Assembly: GCA_000025185.1 (NCBI GenBank)
Contig: CP001848.1
Span: forward strand, 1 to 32,000
DNA length: 32,000 bases
DNA from: Pirellula staleyi DSM 6068
Lineage (GTDB): Bacteria; Planctomycetota; Planctomycetia; Pirellulales; Pirellulaceae
Direction of reading: 5' to 3'
Shown here: one piece after another, positions 17,170 through 26,461 of the stretch
Layout of the letters: every line of letters starts with the position of its first letter
Position numbering within the stretch: the stretch's first letter is position 1
Made by a program: the position numbers and the translations under genes
The notes under the pieces: generated by a model
The model's input: only the letters and a program-made list of their open reading frames with translations
What the model was told of the DNA's origin: nothing
Databases searched by the model: none

Positions 17170-17457
17170 GGGAGAGAGACTCCATTAGACAACCGAAGCG
17201 CGGCGTGAACGGAGAGAGTCGATCACTGCCAGGCCTCGTGCTGCGCTCGGTAGTCTAGAGCCCCCGTGAAGCTGGAAGCAAGGAAAGTTGGCGAAAAGCG
17301 AAACTCGCGGTCAGCTGGCAGCGACTCGACCCTCCCCGCTTGCCGAGGGAGCAACCGGTCGGGATACTTGCAACCTAGTTTGCTGAGCCCAGCTCGCGCC
17401 ATCGAGCCGCAACCAGAACCAGTTTCCGCACATTTCACATACTCAAGGAATTCTGCC

Positions 17458-17976
17458 ATGTCGCGCCCCGCTGCTGTTACGTTCAAAGGGACCCCGATGA
17501 CCCTCGCTGGCGAAGCTGTGAAGCCAGGTCAGGCGGCCCCCGATTTCACCATTCACTTCTTCGAAGGTGGCCTGAAGACGATCACCCTCGCCGATCTGAA
17601 GGGGAAGCCCTCGTTCCTGAGCATCGTCCCTTCGCTCGACACCGGCGTTTGCAAGATCCAAACCAAAAAGTTCAACGACGAGCTCGCCTCGCTGAAGGAC
17701 AAGATCAACGCCGTGACGATCAGCCTCGATCTCCCCTTCGCCATGAACCGCTTCTGCGGCGCCGAAGGGATCACCAACATGAAGGTCGGTAGCGACTATC
17801 AAAATCGCAGCTTCGGCAATGCTTATGGCATGCTGATCGAAGAACTGAAGCTCCTCGCCCGTGGCACCGTGGTGATCGACGCCGATGGCAAGATCGTGCA
17901 CGCTGAAACGGTGAGCGAAGTCACCAGCGAACCGAACTACGACGCTGCCATGACTGCTATCAAGAGCCTGCTGTAA
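17458..17976 (+). CDS. tpx: Thiol peroxidase (atypical 2-Cys peroxiredoxin Tpx)
   Basis: VTFKGTPMTLAGEAVKPGQAAPDF, SIVPSLDTGVCKIQTKKFN (peroxidatic Cys), FAMNRFCGAEGI (resolving Cys). AAGGAA Shine-Dalgarno before ATG 17458. Confidence 0.92.
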   Translation: MSRPAAVTFKGTPMTLAGEAVKPGQAAPDFTIHFFEGGLKTITLADLKGKPSFLSIVPSLDTGVCKIQTKKFNDELASLKDKINAVTISLDLPFAMNRFCGAEGITNMKVGSDYQNRSFGNAYGMLIEELKLLARGTVVIDADGKIVHAETVSEVTSEPNYDAAMTAIKSLL

Positions 17977-18054
17977 GGCGGAGCTACCAGGGAGCATGCT
18001 GGCATGCGGCGATGAGCGTTCAGCTATCCGCGTGCTCCTTTACCTGATCACTAC

Positions 18055-18098
18055 ATCCTCGCTAGGCGGAATAACTTCTGCCTGGCGAGGATTTTTTA
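18055..18098 (+). terminator. Rho-independent terminator after tpx
   Basis: ATCCTCGC...GCGAGGAT stem with inner AGGC/GCCT pairing, followed by TTTTTTA. Confidence 0.75.
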
Positions 18099-18338
18099 TG
18101 CGCCAAGCAGTGCAGCGCAGCGGCCATTTTCCACCCATCCGTACCCTTCGATGGCTGGGGATAACGCGCGGGGCTGCCAAGTTGCAGTTTCACCCCTCGA
18201 GTTGCCGAAGCTATCTCAGATCGATTTGCTTCTACCCAGTGGCGGTCGATCACGAGCCTTCGCTAGCGGCAGAGCCACTCTCGAAACCAGCTCGCACCTT
18301 CTGAACCAACGGCAAGACTTCTCCAAAGCCGAAAGAAA

Positions 18339-19598
18339 ATGGAATTTCGACGCAGCGGTCAGCTCGAAGACCGAAGGCGACGCGTTCTCATGGATGAGAT
18401 TGCATCGCCAACGGAAACCACCGACACCATTCCTCTCGAGGGAGCGAAAGGGCCAGTCCGCGCTTACGCGCCGGCTGTGCTCGAAGATCGCCAACTTCGA
18501 ACGAGCGATTTCGTGCCGCGTCGCCCTGCCATTGTCACCATGGCCATCTTGCTACTGCTCACCGCAGTGGCTGCCGTCGAAACGTTGCATATTTTCGTAG
18601 CCACCTCGCCACTCGCCGATCCTGCAGGCAAACTCTCGGCCGTGAATCTCGCTGCCCGGGGGAGCCTCGGAAGTTGGCTCTCGAGCATGACGCTCGGCGC
18701 TGCCGCTGCTGGCGCGATGGCGATCTTCAGCATCCGCGTGCATCGCGTGGATGACTATAAAGGTCGTTACCGCGTTTGGCTCTGGACTGCTGGTGTGATG
18801 CTGCTCGGGAGTATCGATTCGGCGACCGGGCTGCGCGACTGCTTTGCTTACGCCATGACTTCGCTCGTCGGCTGGCCTCCTGAAGGGAGCACGCAGCTGT
18901 GGTGGCTGATGGCTTACAGCGCCATCACGCTGACACTCGGCGTTCGGCTGTCACTCGAAATGTGGCCCTCGCTCGTCAGCTTCAGCGGACTGGCTGTCAC
19001 ATCACTGCTCTACGTGGCTGCTGCGCTCGCTGCCGTAGGTGTCTATCCCGAGAGTGGTCCACTGCTCGACAGCGTGGTCAGTTCGTCACTCGCCATGGTT
19101 GCCCATGCGTCGCTGCTGAGCACCTTGCTGCTGTTTGCACGTCACGTTTGCCTCGATGCCGAAGGGCGTTTGATGGTGAGCGTGCAGAAGGAAAAGAAGC
19201 CCCGTGCGAAGCGCAAGCCGAAGCTGTCGGTGGTGGATGGCGAAGAGAAAGCCGAGAGCACGAAATCGCGCAAGGCAGATGCCGAGAGCGACGACGACGA
19301 GGATGAAAAACCGGCCGCTGAGACCAAAAAACAGCCTGCCGCCACTGCTCCAGCTGCGAAATCGACCGCACCAGCCGCCGCTGCCAAACCGGCCGGAAGT
19401 GGCCCTCTCGCAGGGCTGAAATTTGGTAGCTCGGCCGCACCCGCCAAGCCGGCAGCGATCACGAGCGCCGCAGCGGCGACGGACGACGACGATGATCTCG
19501 ACGATGAAGATGCCGACGATGGCGACCGCAGCATGAGCCGCGCGGAACGCAAACGCCTGAAGAAAATGGCACGTCAGCAGCAACGTCGCGCCGCTTAG
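18339..19598 (+). CDS. Polytopic membrane protein with long charged, Ala-rich C-terminal tail (hypothetical)
   Basis: About 6 hydrophobic segments, then KEKKPRAKRKPK...ESDDDEDEK...ATDDDDDLDDEDADDGD...RAERKRLKKMARQQQRRAA. Start is ATG 18339 or ATG 18390. Confidence 0.65.
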   Translation: MEFRRSGQLEDRRRRVLMDEIASPTETTDTIPLEGAKGPVRAYAPAVLEDRQLRTSDFVPRRPAIVTMAILLLLTAVAAVETLHIFVATSPLADPAGKLSAVNLAARGSLGSWLSSMTLGAAAAGAMAIFSIRVHRVDDYKGRYRVWLWTAGVMLLGSIDSATGLRDCFAYAMTSLVGWPPEGSTQLWWLMAYSAITLTLGVRLSLEMWPSLVSFSGLAVTSLLYVAAALAAVGVYPESGPLLDSVVSSSLAMVAHASLLSTLLLFARHVCLDAEGRLMVSVQKEKKPRAKRKPKLSVVDGEEKAESTKSRKADAESDDDEDEKPAAETKKQPAATAPAAKSTAPAAAAKPAGSGPLAGLKFGSSAAPAKPAAITSAAAATDDDDDLDDEDADDGDRSMSRAERKRLKKMARQQQRRAA

Positions 19599-19623
19599 CG
19601 TTTGGAGTGCGACTTACGACTTG

Positions 19624-19676
19624 CGTAGGTCCGGTTTCACCGGACAATACCGTCGTAGGTCCGGTTTCACCGGACA
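19624..19676 (+). repeat. Two tandem copies, 30-nt period, of hairpin unit CGTAGGTCCGGTTTCACCGGACA
   Basis: Units at 19624-19646 and 19654-19676 are identical. Stem TCCGGT-ttc-ACCGGA. Confidence 0.9.
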
Positions 19677-19722
19677 GGCGCGCACATTAGCAGCTGCCAC
19701 AAAAACGTGTAACCTCGCGCGC

Positions 19723-19959
19723 CTAACGTGGCGCTTCGAGACCTTGGGCTATCGTGGTTTTGCTCTCGCTTGCGGGAGATTTCGGCAGCTTCTCGATCCG
19801 CTGATAACCCATGTAGGCCACCACTCCCAGAACGAAGAAAAGAGCCATCCAGAGGACCGCGTCGCGCACCACTGCAAAGAGCAATTTCAGCCCGGGAAAG
19901 CTGTTGAGCATCGAAATGCCAAACGCGGCGCTCGCCAGCACCAGTGCCGCCAGCGACAT
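19723..19959 (-). CDS. Small two-TM membrane protein (hypothetical)
   Basis: MSLAALVLASAAFGISMLNSF...LWMALFFVLGVVAYMGY. ATG 19959 is preferred over the longer ORF to 20085. Same strand as comEC and downstream of it. Confidence 0.45.
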   Translation of the reverse strand: MSLAALVLASAAFGISMLNSFPGLKLLFAVVRDAVLWMALFFVLGVVAYMGYQRIEKLPKSPASESKTTIAQGLEAPR

Positions 19960-20217
19960 CAAGTTCTGAGGCTGTTTGAAATCCACGCGACACCTCCTGC
20001 AGGCCCCAGAGATGGCTTGCAGGGACGAGAGAAACGGGGCAACATCGTCGCAGCGCACCATCATGCTCACTCGCATGATCGTCACGTTCGACAGCTACGA
20101 GCCTAGCCCTTCCACGGGGCCTGCTTCAACACGACCTGCAGTGAAAATCGCCTCGCTGCGATGTTTTTCTGCAGCCGCTGTTCCACGTTTGCGCTCTGCG
20201 GAAGATGTAGCGGCAAA

Positions 20218-22845
20218 CTACTGAGGCGTGATTGCTGCAGACGCTTCCCGCGGTAAAGTTCGCTGGCGAAAAGTGCTCACCTGCAGTGCTCCTTGCGGGG
20301 TGATTTCGATCGTCACACTTCCATCGACCTGCGTGTGATAAACAGCACTTCCGTGCGCCTCGTAGGCAGCCGTCACTTCCGCAATGTTCGGCAAATCTTC
20401 CGGATGGCGGCTCCCGCTAATCACCACCACTTCGGGCTTACACCAACTGGCAAAACCATCGGGATTACTGCGCGGGCTTCCATGATGAGGAGCCAAAACG
20501 ACGTCGGCATCGAGCGCCTCGCGCGCCAGAAGTTGCTCGAGCGCGCGACCTTCGAGATCCCCCGTCAGCAGAATTCGTCGACCCCCGATTTCGATCGCCA
20601 GCACGAGGCTGTTCTCGTTATCGCGCTCGGCAACTTCGTCGGCTTGCGGATGCAGCACGCGCGTGATCGCCGCGCCACTAGTCCACTGATCACCCGCCGC
20701 CAGATGTCCGGTGGGAGTGCGCGAGCGCTCAATCGCCTCGCGCAGCTCCCGCACGGCAGGCTCCTCGCGCGCGAGCATCGAGGGAGAAGTATAGATTTTC
20801 CTCGCGCGGTGGTCGGAAACCAGCATCGGAACCCCCGAGAAATGGTCGGCATCGGCGTGCGAAATCACCAGCCGATCGAGTGTCACGAGCCCGCGACTTT
20901 GCATCACGCTGCTCGCCGCCCGCGCTGCGCCGACCGGTGCTCCCACTTTGCCCGCGTCGTACAGCATCGTCGTTCCATCGGGATACTCAACGAGCACCGA
21001 GAGCCCATGCCCCACGGCAATGAAGGTGCAGCGGAGTGGCATGTCGCGCGTCTGCAATCGCTCGGGAAGATGCAGCGCAAAACAGCCGCCGAGTAGCAGC
21101 CAAACGAAAACGAACCCTCCCATGGTGTGCCACGAGGGAACCAACTTGCGCGGCAAGACGAGCAGCGGAAGTGGCCAGAGATAGCTGGCGATGGTCCACC
21201 AAAGTGGTGGCGGCGGCGTTTTGAAATAACTAGCGGGGAGCGATTTGCCCCACACGATCGCCAGTTCCATGAGCCACAAACTTCCATCGCAACAGGCGCC
21301 GCAGTAGTCTCCCAGCAGCGGAGAGATCGGCGCGAGCAGCAGTAGCGAGAAACCGCTATACATCGCCGTTGCCGTGGGGAGCATGATGACGAGATTCAGC
21401 AGCAATCCGACCGGCGAAATCAGTCCATATTGCTGCCACACAATCGGAAGCGATGTGATCCAAATCGCCGCTCCCACAAGCCACATTTGCCAGAGCCAGC
21501 GCAGGGCACGCTTCGCTGCGCGCACCGGCCAAGCGCGCGATTGGTCGATGAGCTTTTGCAGCGGCTCGCGGCGATCTTCGGCGGTCATCAGCGGCGTCAT
21601 CAAAATCATCACGGCGACCGCGAGAAAACTGAGTTGCGGCCCGGCCAGAAACAGACTCGCGGGATTCAGTACGAGCACCAAAATGCCGGCCAGCGCCAAG
21701 GAATTCCACGAAAGCGCGCGACGTCCCACAAGCATCGCTAAACAAACGGCTGCCACCAGCACAGCGGCACGCATAACCGGCGGCTGGGCATCGATCAGCA
21801 CCGCGTAGAGCAGCGTGAGAACGATCGCCGACCAGAGCGCAGCACGTCGCGGAAGAATCCCCAAACGGAGCAAGGTCCAAAATCCCCCCGCCAGCAGCGA
21901 CACGTGAATCCCCGAAATCGAGAGGACATGAATCGTGCCAGTCAGAAGAAAATCTTCGTTCCGCTGCGGATCGAGTTGCTCGCGCGTTCCGAGCAGCACG
22001 GCCGAGGCCAGAGTGCCGCGCCGCGTGGCAATGTGCGCTCGAACTAAATGACTGCCACGCTCGCGAATGTTGCTCATGATCCGCGAAAAACTCCAAGCCC
22101 AACCCGATTTGATTTTCGTAATACATTCGGGACGAACCGCGCGCATCATGCAGTAGATACCGCGACTCCGTTGCCAGGCGGCGTAGTCGAAATCGCCAGG
22201 ATTCAGCGGCTGCATTGGACGACTAGCCAAGACCATCATCTCGAGCGTATCGCCAGCCCTCACTCCCTCGAGATGTCCTTCCACATCGAGCGACGCCAGG
22301 CCCGAGGCGCTCCGCCACACGTTGCGTTCGCGAATCGCAATCACGCGCACCAGCAGTTCGCTCTCTTCTCCTTTGGGAACAATTCGCATGGCGCTCGGCG
22401 GAGGGGCCGGAACCCAGCGCGGCGAATGGACGGCGATCGCGCGCACTGCCATCGGTCGAATCGACTCATCGAGCACCAAGCCAATCTCGTTGGGCTCCAC
22501 CACAAACCAGGTCGCATGATGCCAGGTGCCTCCAAGCGACGCTGTGAGCAACAGCAGCGCGAGTGAACCTGCTCGATCGCGACCACGCGTCAGGAGCACT
22601 CCCCAGGCAATCGCGGCGACGATCGCCGTCGTCACCCACACACTCGGAGCCACCTTGGCACACCGATCGACAACAATGCCCGCCGCTAGCGCCACGAACA
22701 CCAGCAGCAGCGGCTCGTAGTGAAACCTGCCGGTCGGCTGCAGCGGAATCTCGGCCAGCGCAGGTTGCTGCTCGATATCCTGCTCGAGGTCAGACTCGTT
22801 TTCCGACGGAGTGATCAACAGCTCTTTCGGGGGAACGTTCATCAC
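20218..22845 (-). CDS. comEC: ComEC/Rec2 DNA-internalisation competence protein with C-terminal metallo-beta-lactamase domain
   Basis: Large polytopic core (HVLSISGIHVSLLAG, typical ComEC motif). MBL domain (FIAVGHGLSVLVEYPDG..., ISHADADHFSG, LAPHHGS). Start is GTG 22845 or ATG 22842. Confidence 0.88.
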   Translation of the reverse strand: MMNVPPKELLITPSENESDLEQDIEQQPALAEIPLQPTGRFHYEPLLLVFVALAAGIVVDRCAKVAPSVWVTTAIVAAIAWGVLLTRGRDRAGSLALLLLTASLGGTWHHATWFVVEPNEIGLVLDESIRPMAVRAIAVHSPRWVPAPPPSAMRIVPKGEESELLVRVIAIRERNVWRSASGLASLDVEGHLEGVRAGDTLEMMVLASRPMQPLNPGDFDYAAWQRSRGIYCMMRAVRPECITKIKSGWAWSFSRIMSNIRERGSHLVRAHIATRRGTLASAVLLGTREQLDPQRNEDFLLTGTIHVLSISGIHVSLLAGGFWTLLRLGILPRRAALWSAIVLTLLYAVLIDAQPPVMRAAVLVAAVCLAMLVGRRALSWNSLALAGILVLVLNPASLFLAGPQLSFLAVAVMILMTPLMTAEDRREPLQKLIDQSRAWPVRAAKRALRWLWQMWLVGAAIWITSLPIVWQQYGLISPVGLLLNLVIMLPTATAMYSGFSLLLLAPISPLLGDYCGACCDGSLWLMELAIVWGKSLPASYFKTPPPPLWWTIASYLWPLPLLVLPRKLVPSWHTMGGFVFVWLLLGGCFALHLPERLQTRDMPLRCTFIAVGHGLSVLVEYPDGTTMLYDAGKVGAPVGAARAASSVMQSRGLVTLDRLVISHADADHFSGVPMLVSDHRARKIYTSPSMLAREEPAVRELREAIERSRTPTGHLAAGDQWTSGAAITRVLHPQADEVAERDNENSLVLAIEIGGRRILLTGDLEGRALEQLLAREALDADVVLAPHHGSPRSNPDGFASWCKPEVVVISGSRHPEDLPNIAEVTAAYEAHGSAVYHTQVDGSVTIEITPQGALQVSTFRQRTLPREASAAITPQ

Positions 22846-23167
22846 TACGCCACCGAGGCTTGTATTGACCAGAAAACCATAAATCCCTGCGATTATGGCT
22901 GACCGATCATCCTACCGCGCTGTGCATCAATAAACCACACTTTTGAGTGATATTTTTACAAATAGCCATGGCGACTGATGTTGCGAAGTTTCCGCTGCCG
23001 ATTAGAGTCGGATAGAACGAGCGGAACGAAAACTGCCTGCCACCGCGAACCTTTCCCCCGCTGATGGCTTCCCTCGAAGGATGCTGCGGCGCGACATTTT
23101 GTCGCCCGTTTGGCCTCCCCACACCCTTCAGCCGACCAGCCCGCCCTGCAGCGGGCTCACCCATCCG

Positions 23168-23458
23168 ATGGAGTTTGCGATGCCAGCCGAAACGACCCAC
23201 CCTGCCCCGGAAGAGCCTGCGTGTTGCTCCGCCCCGACACTGAGTGACGCAGCGCCGCTGCTGGCCGCGAGCTCGCCCGGTGGACTAGCGCCGCACTATC
23301 GCGTGCAGCGATTCGTTTCGGGAGATGAGGTCCGTCCTTGGCAATTACACGCCACTTGCAAACTTCGGATCGATGCCGAGCAAGCCGCCGCCGATCTCCG
23401 CGCTTCGGGCCAAGCCGCCCGGATCATCAATGTCCGGACGCTTCCGACGGCATCGTAA
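23168..23458 (+). CDS. Hypothetical small protein
   Basis: The ORF has GC-rich third positions like neighbouring genes. No recognisable motifs. Start (ATG 23168 or 23180) is unresolved. Confidence 0.3.
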   Translation: MEFAMPAETTHPAPEEPACCSAPTLSDAAPLLAASSPGGLAPHYRVQRFVSGDEVRPWQLHATCKLRIDAEQAAADLRASGQAARIINVRTLPTAS

Positions 23459-23501
23459 GCAAGAAGGGGTCAGAGGCCAGAGACTAGGGGCCAGAGAATT
23501 T

Positions 23502-23528
23502 CGTAGGTCGGCTACCCTATAGCCGACA
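23502..23528 (+). repeat. Hairpin repeat CGTAGGTCGGCTA-ccc-TAGCCGACA (CGTAGGTC family variant)
   Basis: Perfect 8-bp stem GTCGGCTA/TAGCCGAC. Shares the CGTAGGTC head and GACA tail with the 19624 units. Confidence 0.8.
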
Positions 23529-23624
23529 ACCAATGACGCATTCGATTGCCAAGTCGCTCTCGACACGCACTCGATTGCCACCAAGCCCATCGCAGAGTGA
23601 TCGATGATGGAATCTTGGAACCAC

Positions 23625-23651
23625 GGTCGGCCACGGCGTATGCCGACCTAC
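23625..23651 (-). repeat. Inverted-orientation variant GGTCGGCcacggcgtatGCCGACCTAC
   Basis: GCCGACCTAC at 23642-23651 is the reverse complement of GTAGGTCGGC at 23504-23513. Confidence 0.7.
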
Positions 23652-23692
23652 TGACTTGCGACCGAAATGCGAAGCTACTTTCGCCAGTTCGC

Positions 23693-23732
23693 GGGTGCCA
23701 CTGGCTTTGCCAGTGTCGAGGCTGGAACCGAT
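23693..23732 (+). repeat. Core-only copy (hairpin 1 plus GCTGGAACCGAT) of the two-hairpin element
   Basis: GGGTGCCACTGGCTTTGCCAGTGTCGAGGCTGGAACCGAT aligns with 16461-16502 and 26255-26296. Confidence 0.75.
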
Positions 23733-23768
23733 ATTACTCCGCACTGGCAGCGAACAGATTACGAAGAG

Positions 23769-25343
23769 CTACTTTGCTAGCGCGCGATCAATGCGGGCAA
23801 GGCTCGATGGTTTCCCGAGCAGTTCGAGGCAGTCGTACACACCAGGGCCAACCCCCTTGCCAGTCACCGCCACACGAATGGTGTGGATGATGTCGCCGAT
23901 TTTAATCTGCTCGGCTTCGAGAAATTCGTGCAGCGCGGCTTCTAGGGTTTTGACATCAAACGGCTCGAGTCCGGCGATTTTGTCGCGGAATTTCGCGAGC
24001 AATTCTTTTTGCTTCGGTGGGGCCACGCGCTTCTCGAAATCCTTTTCGTCGTACACCAGCGCTTCATCGGCGACGAAGAAAAAGTCGGCATAGCTGAGGA
24101 TATCCCCCGCCACTTTCAAACGATCGCCAGCCGCCTCGACAATGCGCGCGAGCTTCGGACCGACATCGCATGGCGGTGGTGAGGTGAGCAAGCCTGCTTC
24201 CTGCAAGAAGGGGAGCATCTTCACCACCTTTTGCTTGGCAGGGAGCTTCTGCATCGCGCGATCTTGAAAGTTCCAAAGCTTCTTCGGGTCGAAGCTGGCT
24301 GGCGCTTTCGTCACGCGCTCGAGGGTGAAGTATTTGATCATCTCGTCGATGGTGAAGTCTTCTGTCTTGTCGTCGAGCGACCACCCCAGGAGCATCAAGT
24401 AGTTGATGATCGCCTCGGGCAAATAGCCGACTTCGCGATAGAAATCGACGATCACCGGATTAAACGTGTCGCTCGAAAAACTCTTCCCCAGGCGCGAGGT
24501 GATTTCGGTACCGTGATCGTAGAGTCGTTTGAACTCGGGATTCTTCAGGTACTGCGCGATCTTCCGCTTGCTCAGTTTTTGGTGACTCCCCGGCTCGGCC
24601 ACGTATGGCAGATGCGCATAGACCGGCAGTTCATAGCCAAGGCTCTGCGCAATGAAAATCTGCCGCGGTGTATTGGGCAAGTGCTCGACCGCGCGGATGA
24701 CGTGCGAAATCTTGAATTCGTAGTCGTCGACGACGCTGGCCAGGTGATAGAGGCAGGTCCCGTCGGCACGCTGAATCACGTGGTCTTGTTCTTTGTCCCA
24801 ATCGAATTCGCAGAGCCCGCGCACTTCGTCGTTGAAGATGCACTTCCCTTCGCGCGGCATCTTCAGCCGCACAACAAACGAGCGTCCTTCCGCTTCGAAC
24901 TTGGCGCGCTCTTCCGGTGTGGTCGCCATCCACTGGCGGCTATAGAGAAACGGTCGCTTGGCAGCGTCGGCAGCTTCGCGCTCCGCTTTGAGTTCTTCAG
25001 GTCGGCCGTAGTCGTAGTAGGCATGTCCCGACGCGATCAACTGGGCGGCGGCAGCCTGGTAGCTCGGGAGCCGCTGCGACTGGAAATACGAGCCGCACGG
25101 ACCAAAGCTCGACTTGCCATCGTCGGTGGGACCTTCATCCCAGTTCATGCCGAGCCACTTGAAGCCGTTGAGAATCGGCAGCAGCGCTTCGGCAACGTTG
25201 CGTTCGCTATCGGTATCGTCGATGCGGAGGAGAAATTGCCCCCCATGTTGGCGGGCATAGAGCCAATTGAAGAGCGCGGTGCGAACGCCGCCGATATGCA
25301 GATAGCCAGTAGGACTGGGAGCGAAACGCGTACGAACGGACAT
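23769..25343 (-). CDS. gltX: Glutamate--tRNA ligase
   Basis: RTRFAPSPTGYLHIGGVRTALFNWLYAR (HIGH region), RIDDTD, KLSKRK (KMSKS). ATG 25343 is preferred over the 8-codon extension. Confidence 0.93.
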   Translation of the reverse strand: MSVRTRFAPSPTGYLHIGGVRTALFNWLYARQHGGQFLLRIDDTDSERNVAEALLPILNGFKWLGMNWDEGPTDDGKSSFGPCGSYFQSQRLPSYQAAAAQLIASGHAYYDYGRPEELKAEREAADAAKRPFLYSRQWMATTPEERAKFEAEGRSFVVRLKMPREGKCIFNDEVRGLCEFDWDKEQDHVIQRADGTCLYHLASVVDDYEFKISHVIRAVEHLPNTPRQIFIAQSLGYELPVYAHLPYVAEPGSHQKLSKRKIAQYLKNPEFKRLYDHGTEITSRLGKSFSSDTFNPVIVDFYREVGYLPEAIINYLMLLGWSLDDKTEDFTIDEMIKYFTLERVTKAPASFDPKKLWNFQDRAMQKLPAKQKVVKMLPFLQEAGLLTSPPPCDVGPKLARIVEAAGDRLKVAGDILSYADFFFVADEALVYDEKDFEKRVAPPKQKELLAKFRDKIAGLEPFDVKTLEAALHEFLEAEQIKIGDIIHTIRVAVTGKGVGPGVYDCLELLGKPSSLARIDRALAK

Positions 25344-25509
25344 GGATGAACCCGCGAGAAGCAACATGAGAGCCGAACGGAAAAGAACAGCTCTGCATTG
25401 TAGAGTCGAGAAGCGGGGGGCGGGAGGCGACCAGCCCCCTCCCTTGCCAAGCGATCGACCTTAGCTCATCGCGGCGGCAGCAGTGGCGCGCCAATCTGGC
25501 GGAGAAATC

Positions 25510-25752
25510 CTAGTGCCACATCACTTCGAGGCCGTTTTCGATCTCTCCCACACCTTCCACATGCTTCAGAAGTTCCTGAGCCATTTGCTTCTGGAAGTAG
25601 GTGTTCACCTGACCGTGCAGCGTGACGCGATTGCCCGACGTTTCGAAGCGGAGCTTGCGCCCCTGGAGATAGGGGTTCGTAGCGATGGCTTCGTCGACCC
25701 GAAGAGCCAACGGGCTGGTTTCAACTTCCGAGCTGCGATCGATCGATTGCAT
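25510..25752 (-). CDS. Small single-BON-domain protein, no obvious signal peptide
   Basis: LALRVDEAIATNPYLQGRKLRFETSGNRVTLHGQVNTYFQKQMAQELLKHVEGVGEIENGLEV fits the BON pattern. Confidence 0.75.
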   Translation of the reverse strand: MQSIDRSSEVETSPLALRVDEAIATNPYLQGRKLRFETSGNRVTLHGQVNTYFQKQMAQELLKHVEGVGEIENGLEVMWH

Positions 25753-26244
25753 GGTTCACCGTGGGGAGTGCGAGTGCCAAGGGGGAAGAGATTTGCCAAA
25801 TCGCGAGCCAAACGCAGGACCGAGCCGGGAAGCGGGGCGAAGCTCGGCAAGCGAAGATCGAGCCAAAGTCGGCTGGCGATCTGCCAGGTGGGAAAACCGG
25901 TAGATCGGCAAACCAGAGCCGGTCGCTCGAATCTCGCTAGAAAGAAGAATCGGCCGTGCTAGCACCGAAAGTTGAACTCGGCAGTTCAGAAGAAGCAGGA
26001 AATCTCTACCGGCTAGCGAACCGGGGCGAAGCTTAACGAACCTGCCGGTTGTAAGGACGCAGTGGCGTCGAAACTCCAAGACAGCATCGACCTTTTCGCT
26101 GCCTCAACTCCTTCGTGCTCCTCGTGGTGAAAGATCGAAAGAGTTACCACGCAGGACACGAACGGCACGAAGTGGAAGGTTGCCAATTTCAGCGACCATT
26201 CGATCAACGGAGGAATCGAAGTAGTCCGTCTAGCGATCAAGGTC

Positions 26245-26370
26245 ATCTGTTTTGGGGTGCCACCGGCATTTTGCCAGTGTAGAAGCTGGAACCGATTTCA
26301 TGGGCGAATTCTGCTTAAAAACATAGAGTCCCATTACGCTTCTCACTGGGCTGAGCCCAGTGGCACACTT
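26245..26370 (+). repeat. Two-hairpin intergenic element, copy B
   Basis: Aligns with 16451-16575. Hairpin 1 carries one T-to-C change (CACCGGCA..TGCCAGTG). Hairpin 2 is CACTGGGCT-g-AGCCCAGTG followed by GCACAC. Confidence 0.8.
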
Positions 26371-26461
26371 CATTGCAGCCTACTCCTTGCAGCCTGACAT
26401 TGATTGCTAAACGTAGTAGCAGGTTGGGATAGTGCCGATGCTGCGAGAGGCGTGGGCGGGA

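Noticed and set aside
19624-19676. CRISPR-like appearance of the repeated 23-mers; also the 17-nt tandem at 16411-16444.
   Set aside because: There are only two units, the spacers are 7 nt and 0 nt, and there are no cas genes. The units belong to a dispersed hairpin-repeat family.
22846-23167. An AT-rich patch upstream of comEC and the gaps 3763-4337 and 7703-7961 as possible oriC / DnaA-box clusters.
   Set aside because: Only weak partial matches were seen (TAAACCACA, CATTCCACA, TGTGGATGA). There is no cluster of near-consensus TTATCCACA boxes and no adjacent AT-rich unwinding repeats.
25756-26246. Track ORFs of 107 aa and 77 aa (including the FHHEEHEG string) in the large gap upstream of the BON gene.
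   Set aside because: The sequences are artefacts of translating repeat and hairpin DNA (CTTCGTGCTCCTCGTGG and similar). There is no start context and no motif.
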